From positions 1 through 30,856 of the IMG/VR virus record IMGVR_UViG_3300045988_111723: a DNA stretch of 30,856 nt. One strand, given 5' to 3'. The notes beneath the pieces were generated by a model. It was not told where the DNA came from. It ran no database searches and was given only the letters and a program-made list of their open reading frames with translations. This document shows positions 16,544-23,811 of the stretch, one piece after another. Made by a program: the position numbers and the translations under genes. Source of the stretch: a virus. How positions within the stretch are numbered: the first letter of the stretch is position 1; the number at the start of each line of letters is the position of its first letter.

Positions 16544-18193
16544 TCACTCCTTATTTTTCAGTTGCTGGCCGATCTCTGCGCCCCACTTCTGCCGAACGGT
16601 CATAGCGTCCAGCAGAGCAGCGCCGCCGTCGATATGGTCGTTGACGCTGATCTTGACGGGGCGCATCCGCCCGCTCTCGACGTCCATCTTCATGCCCATG
16701 TTGAGGAGGTGGGCCTTGAGAAGGTCGTTGTCACCGATGTCAAAAACGCCGTCTTTCATCAAGCCCTCGGTCTCGCGGATGACCGGCGTCAAGTTGAAGC
16801 CCTGAAAGACGTCATCCATCTGAAAGCCGTAGTTTTCCATGTCCTGAACCAGATACTGCGCGGTATAGCGGTCATATCCGACCTTGAGCGGCAGAATCTG
16901 GTACTGCTCCACCAGCATTCGGAACCAGTCGAAGCAGTCGTGATAATCCACGAAATTCTCGCCGGACAGTTTCAGCAGACCGCGTTGGACATACAGCGGA
17001 TAAGGCAGACCGTCGCGGGCCGTGGCCTCTTCCAACTTTTCGCTGGGCAGGAAAAACTTTGCGAAAACTTTCAGCCGGTCGTTTTTCTCGACCACGGCGA
17101 CGCAAGCGGTCAGGTCTGTGGTGCGGGACAGGTCGATTCCGCCCACGCAGTAGCTGGAACGGAAGCTTTCGAAGTTCAGGTGCTCGCCGCTGCACTTCTC
17201 CACGGCGTCGGTCGGGAGCCATGCCTGTGAGCTGTTCTGCTTGATGTTGCAGTATTTTGTGATAAATTCCATCTTTTTGGAAAGGCTTCCCTCTGCCACG
17301 GCGATTTCTTCCAGCAGGTAGTCCACCGAGACCGAAACGCCGAGGTTTGGGTTGGATTTGCGCAGCTCGTTGATATCGTTCCACTTTCCGATGTCGTCGA
17401 TTATGTACAGAAACGGTGCAAGCCGTTTTTCGCGGGAATCGCCCAGCAAAAAGCGGGTGCTGCGCTTGATGAGCTCATCATAGATTCCCTCGTTGATGTA
17501 GCCCGCCGTGGAAATGCTCAGGATCAGCGGCTGACGCCGGGCACCGAGGGCCGATTTCATGACCTCGTACTGTTTCAGACCCTGATCGCCGGGCCATGAG
17601 CTGATTTCATCGCAGATGGTCAATGAAGGGTTGAAGCCATCGGATTTCTTTGCATTGAACGCAATCTTTTTGATGGAGCTGTTGCTCTCTGCTACGTACA
17701 AGTCAGACTTGCGCCGTTTGATGCGCCGGGCAAGTTCCGGCTCGTTGACAGTGCTCTGCCAAAACGCTTCATAGACAAGATCAGCCTGATCCAGCTTCGG
17801 AGCAACGCAAAAGGTCTTCGCGCCATACTCGCCATCAAGAAAAGTGCAGTAGGAAATGATCGCCGACGCAAACAGCGTTTTGCCGTTTTTGCGGGCCATA
17901 ATGAGCACAATCTCGCGAAACTGCCGGTTTCCATTGCCGTCCAGAATGCCGAACACCACCGAAACAAAAGCCTTCTGCCACAGCTCCAGCTTGATGACGT
18001 CAGAACGTCCTTCACTGTGGTGGCAGAAGGTCTCAATGTAGCGGATCGCTTTGGAGGCGCGTTTTTGGTCAAAGAAAAAGGACTGCTCTTGCAGTCCCTT
18101 CACAATATAGCGGTAGAATCGTTTGATCCACTGGCCCACAACAACGGAGCCGTCCTCAATGGCCTGATAGTAGGCGAAGATGTAGTTATCCAT
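16544..18193 (-). CDS. terL: Terminase large subunit
   Basis: 549 aa. Walker-A-like MARKNGKT. Terminase_1-type layout. Confidence 0.95.
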   Translation of the reverse strand: MDNYIFAYYQAIEDGSVVVGQWIKRFYRYIVKGLQEQSFFFDQKRASKAIRYIETFCHHSEGRSDVIKLELWQKAFVSVVFGILDGNGNRQFREIVLIMARKNGKTLFASAIISYCTFLDGEYGAKTFCVAPKLDQADLVYEAFWQSTVNEPELARRIKRRKSDLYVAESNSSIKKIAFNAKKSDGFNPSLTICDEISSWPGDQGLKQYEVMKSALGARRQPLILSISTAGYINEGIYDELIKRSTRFLLGDSREKRLAPFLYIIDDIGKWNDINELRKSNPNLGVSVSVDYLLEEIAVAEGSLSKKMEFITKYCNIKQNSSQAWLPTDAVEKCSGEHLNFESFRSSYCVGGIDLSRTTDLTACVAVVEKNDRLKVFAKFFLPSEKLEEATARDGLPYPLYVQRGLLKLSGENFVDYHDCFDWFRMLVEQYQILPLKVGYDRYTAQYLVQDMENYGFQMDDVFQGFNLTPVIRETEGLMKDGVFDIGDNDLLKAHLLNMGMKMDVESGRMRPVKISVNDHIDGGAALLDAMTVRQKWGAEIGQQLKNKE

Positions 18194-18491
18194 CTTTCTG
18201 CATCTCCGTCAGCCGGTCTTTTGGCTCCGGGGCCTTTCCCAGCTTTTCGATGATGGTCAGCATGGTCTGGAGCGTGCGGTTTGCCGCGTCGGCGTGCTTC
18301 GGCAGCTCCTTGACCAGTGGGTTCGCATAGATATTTTCACGGCCCTTGACATACTCCTTCGAGGTGACAAGGCGGCCGTCCTCTTCGTCCAGCGCGTTTT
18401 TGATGTTCTGGATCACCCGCGCCTGAACGTCGTACTGCTCCACGGCTTGCAGAAAGAGGGCGTTTTTTTCCACGCCGTAATCCTTTGCCAT
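18186..18491 (-). CDS. terS: Terminase small subunit, P27-like (start uncertain; ORF is open to a TTG at 18620)
   Basis: C-terminal pattern ...ENIYANPLVKELPKHADAANRTLQ... It overlaps the terL start. No clear RBS at either candidate start. Confidence 0.65.
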   Translation of the reverse strand: MAKDYGVEKNALFLQAVEQYDVQARVIQNIKNALDEEDGRLVTSKEYVKGRENIYANPLVKELPKHADAANRTLQTMLTIIEKLGKAPEPKDRLTEMQKDG

Positions 18492-18654
18492 TCGGAGCAA
18501 TTTGGAACAAGTCGTGCTTTTCTGCGCCAACTTCCTGCAACTCCTTTCTTTCCAAAAAAATTCCTGAGACCCTGAGAGCGGAAAGATTAACCTTGCCCCT
18601 CGGTCTCCTGTGGTCAGCAAAATATTTTTGACAGGGGGGAGTATGCGCAGAATT

Positions 18655-18948
18655 TCAGCGCGGAATCACACGCCCCGCCGGGTCAACCGAATACCTTTTC
18701 TGATTGCCATGTAATTTTAGATGACAACTCCGACAGACCAACTCCAGATTATCCCAATTTAACAGGACATCCGGGTTTTGTATGGTATCAGGCGACACAT
18801 GGATTTTGTGGTGGACGATCTCGCCCGCTGTGATGATACCATCCTTCAGGCACTCCTCGCACAACCCGCCTACACTGGCAGCATAAGCGTCCCGGCACTG
18901 CTGCCACGTCTTGCTTTTATAAAACGCTTGTGCATATTCCTTTGCCAT
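18655..18948 (-). CDS. HNH endonuclease (terminase-associated)
   Basis: CEECLKDG...EIVHHKIH...NLELVCRSCH. ATG at 18948 with a GAGGCGG RBS. The upstream ORF extension only covers the tRNA-like gene. Confidence 0.88.
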   Translation of the reverse strand: MAKEYAQAFYKSKTWQQCRDAYAASVGGLCEECLKDGIITAGEIVHHKIHVSPDTIQNPDVLLNWDNLELVCRSCHLKLHGNQKRYSVDPAGRVIPR

Positions 18949-18965
18949 GTGTCCGCCTCGTTTGC

Positions 18966-18999
18966 AAATAAAATAAGCGGCCCCTTGCGGAAGGGCCGC
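18966..18999 (-). terminator. Intrinsic terminator between the tRNA-like gene and HNH
   Basis: Minus strand reads GCGGCCCUU-CCGC-AAGGGGCCGC (one bulge) followed by UUAUUUUAUUU. Confidence 0.6.
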
Positions 19000-19064
19000 C
19001 GCATCCAGAACTATCGCGGCTGGATGCCCCGCTATTCGCGCCGCCCCCTCAAAGGGTGCGCGTC

Positions 19065-19210
19065 TGGTGCTGTCAGTTGGATTCGAACCAACGCCCACAC
19101 CGCATTAACTTCTGCGCTGGCTAAGCGCAGGGTCATGGGTGGTGTGTATCGCCAATGTTACCTTGCATGTATCAGATGCAAAGCGCTCTAGCCCGCTAAG
19201 CTATGGCAGC
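19065..19210 (-). tRNA. Atypical 146-nt tRNA-like gene (GAU-type loop on an 8-bp stem, 68-nt insert, encoded CCA)
   Basis: GCTGCCA-TA-GCTT-AGCGGGCTA-GAGC ... GTTGG-TTCGAAT-CCAAC-TGACAGC-A-CCA. Six of seven acceptor pairs form. The D and T arms are canonical. Confidence 0.5.
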
Positions 19211-19220
19211 ATATCGAAAA

Positions 19221-19237
19221 GTGTCCACAGTGGACAC
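19221..19237. repeat. 17-bp perfect palindrome GTGTCCACAGTGGACAC, copy 2
   Basis: Identical to 12397-12413 and 28564-28580. On the minus strand it is followed by TTTT. Confidence 0.95.
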
Positions 19238-19300
19238 CCGCCGGGAGTTATCGAATCCACAACGAACGGTCTGGGTGTCTCACCCAATAACCGCATTTTG

Positions 19301-19349
19301 ATTATAGCATACGAAAAACGAACATTCCGGTCATTCCGGTCGTTTCGGT
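19301..19349 (-). promoter_or_regulatory. Putative late promoter: three tandem 9-mers plus an extended -10
   Basis: Minus strand reads ACCGAAACG ACCGGAATG ACCGGAATG, a 16-nt spacer, then TGcTATAAT. No -35 match. Confidence 0.5.
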
Positions 19350-19351
19350 CG

Positions 19352-19807
19352 CTATTTTTCAACTTTTTTTTGAATCCACCGATTGACGCGGCACCGAATG
19401 GCCTCCGCCCCGATATCCACTCCCTGCTCCATAAGCTCCACGGCTACTTCCTGCGGCTTCTTGCCCTGCGAGCAGATCGCCGTCAGCAGGGCCCGGAGCT
19501 CGCAGTCGTCGCAGTTCTCAATGAGCCGCTGGCCGTATAGGTATTTTGCTTTTTGGTCGGCGTTGATCTGGCGGAGCCGCTTGATCTCATCCTCCCGCCG
19601 AGTATAGGAGACATCCGTACCCGTCACGGTCGCATGGCTCAAGATACAGGCGTTGCCCTCGCCGCTGGAAGACTTGACCACATCAGAAGCACTCTGCGGC
19701 CCATCGGATTGCAGCGCCTCCAACTGCTCGATGCGCCGCTGGCGCTTCTCGATGTCATATGGCATTGCATACAGCTTTCGCAGCTCTCTGGACTTCAGCG
19801 GCGTCAT
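19352..19807 (-). CDS. ArpU/DUF1492-like late transcriptional regulator (sigma region-4-like HTH)
   Basis: 151 aa starting at ATG 19807 (GGAGG RBS). Located just upstream of the packaging genes. C-terminal HTH-like CELRALLTAICSQGKKPQEVAVELMEQG. Confidence 0.65.
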   Translation of the reverse strand: MTPLKSRELRKLYAMPYDIEKRQRRIEQLEALQSDGPQSASDVVKSSSGEGNACILSHATVTGTDVSYTRREDEIKRLRQINADQKAKYLYGQRLIENCDDCELRALLTAICSQGKKPQEVAVELMEQGVDIGAEAIRCRVNRWIQKKVEK

Positions 19808-19838
19808 TGTGTGTTCCTCCTTCAAAAAATCAAAATGG

Positions 19839-20496
19839 TTATTGTTTGCTCCACTGTTCGGCCATCGCTTTTGCAATTCCGGGGAATGTTTTCGCTCGAT
19901 TTTTGGCACGGTCAGTGGTAAACATGCCTTTATGCTGCTCTCCATGTTTGTGAGAGTAAGATCCGGATGGGCACCACGTTGCAATGGGTTCAACAACGTC
20001 TGTTGATTGTAGCGGCTCAAGCTCTTTCAGCCAAAGGCAGGTTTTCTTTGTGTACGGATGCCCGAATTGGTACGGTTGGATGGTCTGCGTATATTCAGGC
20101 ATACAGAACACTTTGCTAGGTACTGGATTCTCTATGCAAATTTTCGGAATGTCTGCCCACCAAAATCGCATGAACAAATCTCTGCCTTGAATCCCAAGCA
20201 TCACACGGTCAGCTTGCAACTCGTGATTTTTCCACAGGTGACGTGCGCCAGCGTTAGATAGATAGGTACAAGGCGGATGAGCAATGAGCAGATCCCAGTT
20301 TCCAATTTCGTGCTCTACGCCATCCATTGTCACGATTCCCCCCCCCCTCAAGAACTTTCAGCGCATCGCCCAGAATGTGCCATTCAGGGTGTCCGCCGGA
20401 TGGCTCCTGAATATCGCAGGAATAGGCTTCGTGACCTCTCGCACGAAACGCTTTGCACACTTCCTGTGATTCTTCGCAAGCAACAAGCACTCTCAT
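19839..20496 (-). pseudogene. Phage cytosine-5 DNA methyltransferase-like gene interrupted at a G10 tract
   Basis: The N-terminal ORF (MRVLVACEESQEV...) and the C-terminal ORF (..DLLIAHPPCTYLS..CIENPVP..TFPGIAKAMAEQW) are offset by one base at 20338-20347. Confidence 0.75.
20338..20347 (-). repeat. Homopolymer G10 (C10 on plus strand)
   Basis: Counted directly. G9 or G12 would fuse the two methyltransferase ORFs. Confidence 0.95.
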
Positions 20497-20511
20497 CGTC
20501 AGTCCACCCCA

Positions 20512-21618
20512 TTATTTCAAAACAAAATATCTTACAAGTTCAGCTATCACGCTGATTTTCGGAATCCATCCGCAAGTAAAAAATTTGCCGTCCTGCAAAA
20601 TGATTGCGTAATCGTCGTAATTCATGATTCCGGCATGTTGGCGGTTTTGATCTATTCGTTTCCAAAACATTGCCCCGCCGGGAAGAGATTGTTTGTAATA
20701 TTCAAGCCCAAACTGTACATCTTCCCACGCCAGTTCCCACAGCACAGTTTCTTTTATCGTTTTTTCGGCCAGCATATGCAGCGTCTTCTTTCCGCGCTGC
20801 TGTTCTTCCTGCTTCTGTGCCGCTTCCCGGTGCGCCTTTTCTACGGCTGCCCGGCACTCCGGTGGAAGGTTCCACTCGTCAAAATCGGGGTTTTCCGGTA
20901 TCGTTTCCGCCGCTTTTGGCGGGCAGTCAAAAACAACAGGTTTCTCGTACACCGCTTTCCCCGGTTTGGGCGGCTCCACAGGCGGCTTTTTGGCTTCGAT
21001 GATTTCCTGCGCCCGCTTATAGGCCGCCATGAGGGAGATTTCCCCGGCCCGCAGTTCCCGCTTGGTATCATCCCCGCAGTTTTCCGCAATGGCATTCAGC
21101 CGGGCCACTGCACCCGCACTCAGGCCGAGGATTCTGCACAGCTCATCCCGCACCTTGCCTTCGAGCTGGCCGTTTTTCTTCCGGCGCGTCAGAATCTCCT
21201 TGAGGGCCTCATACTGTGCCAGACGTTCGCCGTCGGTCAACTCGCGAGCGGTGGCGTTGGCCGTGATGAGCGCGATCTTGTCGTCATCGTCCTGCTTGAG
21301 CCGGAGAATGACGCAGGGCAGCGCGTTGAATCGGGTATCGCCCTCTTTGGCCAGCTCCTCGCAAGCGGTCAAACGCCGTTCGCCGCCGATCAGCTTGTAA
21401 TCGCCATTCTCCAGATCGACCACTTCCAGCGGCTGCCGGATGCCATGAATCCGGATGTCCTCCTTGAGCCGGGAGACATCGCCGATGACGTAGATTTTGC
21501 GGTTGTCCGGGTTGACGATGATGTTTTTGCGGTCGATCATGACCACTTTCAGCGGCGGCTCCCCCGCCGGGGTGGACGGCTGGGCGTCCAAAAGGCTGTG
21601 TAATAATCCGGTGTTCAT
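20512..21618 (-). CDS. parB: ParB N-terminal-domain protein with an uncharacterised C-terminal extension
   Basis: IRQPLEVV...KLIGGERRLTACEEL motif. The start overlaps the parA stop (ATGA). Confidence 0.85.
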   Translation of the reverse strand: MNTGLLHSLLDAQPSTPAGEPPLKVVMIDRKNIIVNPDNRKIYVIGDVSRLKEDIRIHGIRQPLEVVDLENGDYKLIGGERRLTACEELAKEGDTRFNALPCVILRLKQDDDDKIALITANATARELTDGERLAQYEALKEILTRRKKNGQLEGKVRDELCRILGLSAGAVARLNAIAENCGDDTKRELRAGEISLMAAYKRAQEIIEAKKPPVEPPKPGKAVYEKPVVFDCPPKAAETIPENPDFDEWNLPPECRAAVEKAHREAAQKQEEQQRGKKTLHMLAEKTIKETVLWELAWEDVQFGLEYYKQSLPGGAMFWKRIDQNRQHAGIMNYDDYAIILQDGKFFTCGWIPKISVIAELVRYFVLK

Positions 21619-22415
21619 TTTTGTCCCTCCGCGATCTCCATCACTCTCTCCGCCAGCGTCCGATACTGCGCGGCGGGCTTGCATTTCGGCGCGTACTGGT
21701 ACAGAGGCCGGTGAGACGCCTTAGACTCCTTCACCCTCACGCTGCTGTCGATGTGCAGCACCGACCCATCAGCGGCCCGGAAGGTCGGGATGTCCAGACC
21801 AACGAGCTGGTTGATGGTCTTGGTGGAGTAGCGGCCCCGGTCGTACTTGGTGGCCAGCGTGCCCATGATCTCCAGACCCTCGTTGTACTCGGCCTTGACG
21901 TCCCTGATCTGCGTCATGATCTCGTCCAGCCCATCCAGCGCCCACTCGTCGCAGTCCACCGGGATGATGACCCAATCGGCGGCAACCAGCGCGTTGATGG
22001 TGGCCATGTCGATATCGGGCGGGCAGTCGAGAATGCAATAGTCGTACTCGCTGCGGTAGGGGTAGAGCGCCCGCCGGATGCGGTCTTCCCGCCGCCGGGC
22101 CAGATCAAACATCACGCTCTGGTTGGCGAGCAGCAACTGCATATTGCTGGGCGCGAGGTCGATGTCATCCCAGTCGGTGTGTACGATGACCTCGCTGAGC
22201 TTTGCGTCCAGCGTCAGCACGTCGGCGATGGTCTTCTGGTGTCCACTCTGGACACGTTCGAAGAATTTTGTGGTGTTCGCTTGCTTGTCCAGATCCATGA
22301 CCAGCACCCGCTGGGCGTAGATGCCGGACAGGATACAGGCCAGATTACAGGCGGTGACGGACTTGCCAACGCCGCCCTTGAGGTTGATGATCGCGATGGT
22401 AGCCATGTTTCTCAT
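21615..22415 (-). CDS. parA: ParA-family partition ATPase
   Basis: Deviant Walker A IAIINLKGGVGKS. 266 aa. GAGGAG RBS. Confidence 0.92.
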   Translation of the reverse strand: MRNMATIAIINLKGGVGKSVTACNLACILSGIYAQRVLVMDLDKQANTTKFFERVQSGHQKTIADVLTLDAKLSEVIVHTDWDDIDLAPSNMQLLLANQSVMFDLARRREDRIRRALYPYRSEYDYCILDCPPDIDMATINALVAADWVIIPVDCDEWALDGLDEIMTQIRDVKAEYNEGLEIMGTLATKYDRGRYSTKTINQLVGLDIPTFRAADGSVLHIDSSVRVKESKASHRPLYQYAPKCKPAAQYRTLAERVMEIAEGQK

Positions 22416-22443
22416 TGTGGGTTCTCCTCTGTGTGTTTATTTT

Positions 22444-23340
22444 TTAGCCGCACTTCCGGGCGAGAGGACGCCGGTGTGCTGCGTTTTGCAAAAAGTCGTT
22501 TCCGCTGGGCTCTGGCCGGTCTACGATCTTCCGGGCCGTGATCCGGTTGCCGGGCCCCCAGCTCTTTGGGTGGTCGAGGACGCTCCAACCAGCTTCGATG
22601 CTCTGCATGATGCTGGCGATCATGTACTCTGTGCGTTTTGTTGTTTTTGATTCATCCGCCAGATGGGTCAGCTTGTCGCAGACGGCCCGCGCCGCCTGAG
22701 CGTCCCAGACCTTGCCCCGCCGGGATGCCCGGTAGGCGTCGAACTTTGTCAGGGCTTCCAGCAGCGGCTTGTCCGTTCCGGCGTACTCCGCAAAAACATC
22801 CTTCGGGGTAGGCCCGCCCCCCTGTGCGCCTCGCGCGCACGAAGGAGTAGAATACCCAGTAGTATACCCAGTAGTATTACTGGGTGGCGTTTTGCCACTA
22901 CCCCCCGTGGCGTTTTGCCACTGGTTCCCGTCGCATTTTGCCACTAGTGGCGTTTTGCAACTAGTGGCGTTTTGCAACTGGTCAGGCGGGTGAGATTCCG
23001 CCGGATTTTCGGGTGCATCGGCCTTGCTCTCCGCCGTCTCCTTGACCTCTTCGGGCACCTCGGCAACGTACCGATTGACCATCTGACCGCCCACAAGTGC
23101 CTGCCGTTTGGAGATCAGGCCCTTGCTTTCCAGACGCTTGAGCACCCGGATTATTGTTGCACGGTCAGCGCCCAGCCAGCGGGTCAGATAGCTGAAACTG
23201 CCCTTGTACTCGCTGTCGCCGTCCTGCGAGAAGCCGTAGATCAGAGCGTAGGCCAGAAGCTCGTTGCCCTTGAGGTGGTACTTGTTCACCATCCAGTCGA
23301 GGACGAGGAGGTAGCTCTGTTTTTTCGTCGCATTTTTCAC
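22444..23340 (-). CDS. Replisome organiser / replication initiator (N-terminal winged-helix domain)
   Basis: Typical N-terminal pattern YLLVLDWMVNKYHLKGNELLAYALIYGFSQDG...RATIIRVLKRLESKGLI. GTG start with AGGAGAG. Iterons are embedded in the linker. Confidence 0.8.
   Translation of the reverse strand: MKNATKKQSYLLVLDWMVNKYHLKGNELLAYALIYGFSQDGDSEYKGSFSYLTRWLGADRATIIRVLKRLESKGLISKRQALVGGQMVNRYVAEVPEEVKETAESKADAPENPAESHPPDQLQNATSCKTPLVAKCDGNQWQNATGGSGKTPPSNTTGYTTGYSTPSCARGAQGGGPTPKDVFAEYAGTDKPLLEALTKFDAYRASRRGKVWDAQAARAVCDKLTHLADESKTTKRTEYMIASIMQSIEAGWSVLDHPKSWGPGNRITARKIVDRPEPSGNDFLQNAAHRRPLARKCG
22884..22979. repeat. Iteron array (putative ori): five 16-mers GTGGCGTTTTGC(C/A)ACT
   Basis: Copies start at 22884, 22907, 22930 (2 mismatches), 22947 and 22964, giving spacings of 23, 23, 17 and 17 bp. 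Preceded by ACCCAGTAGTAT x2 (22854-22877). Confidence 0.75.
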
Positions 23341-23358
23341 GTTTGTCTCTCCTGCGGG

Positions 23359-23811
23359 TTAAAACGGCAGATCGTCATCATCGGAGATCACCGCAAAGTC
23401 GTCCGCGCTGCCTTGCGAGTAAGCGGGAGCAGGTTCCCGGTAGTCCTTGGGCGGTGCTTCGCCGCCGTCGTCCACGGGCTGCCCGCCGGGCTTCTTAGGC
23501 CCCGCAAAATTGATCTGTCGCGCCACCACTTCCACCGCAGTGCGGTTGTTTCCGTTTTTGTCCTGATACTGGCGGCTTTGCAGGGAGCCTTCCACGGCAA
23601 CAAGACTGCCTTTCTGGAAGTACTTCGTCACGAACTCCGCCGACTGCCGCCACGCGACGACGTCGATAAAGTCCGCTTGCTGTTCCTGCCCCTGCTGGAC
23701 GAAATTCCGGTCGCACGCGATGCGGAAGCTGCACACATTGGTACCGTTCCCGGTGGTGCGCAGTTCCGGGTCTGCGACGAGCCGCCCCATAATTGCCACT
23801 ACATTGAGCAT
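23359..23811 (-). CDS. ssb: Single-stranded DNA-binding protein
   Basis: OB-fold pattern MLNVVAIMGRLVADPELR..., acidic tail DDDDLPF. Confidence 0.95.
   Translation of the reverse strand: MLNVVAIMGRLVADPELRTTGNGTNVCSFRIACDRNFVQQGQEQQADFIDVVAWRQSAEFVTKYFQKGSLVAVEGSLQSRQYQDKNGNNRTAVEVVARQINFAGPKKPGGQPVDDGGEAPPKDYREPAPAYSQGSADDFAVISDDDDLPF

Noticed and set aside
18492-18654. Possible cos site in the gap between HNH and TerS.
   Set aside because: This is a plausible location for HNH-dependent cos phages. However, I could not identify any defining sequence signature, and the gap may instead be the 5' part of terS (the ORF is open to 18620).
18949-19098. N-terminal extension of the HNH ORF (track start 19098, MGVGSNPTDS...).
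   Set aside because: GVGSNPT is simply the translation of the tRNA-like T-arm (GGTTCGAATCC). A terminator lies inside the extension. A good RBS precedes the ATG at 18948.
22854-22979. Regularly spaced direct repeats that could be mistaken for a small CRISPR array.
   Set aside because: The repeat units are only 16 bp with 1-7 bp between them, so there are no spacers. They lie inside the replication-initiator gene. No cas genes are present. They are iterons.
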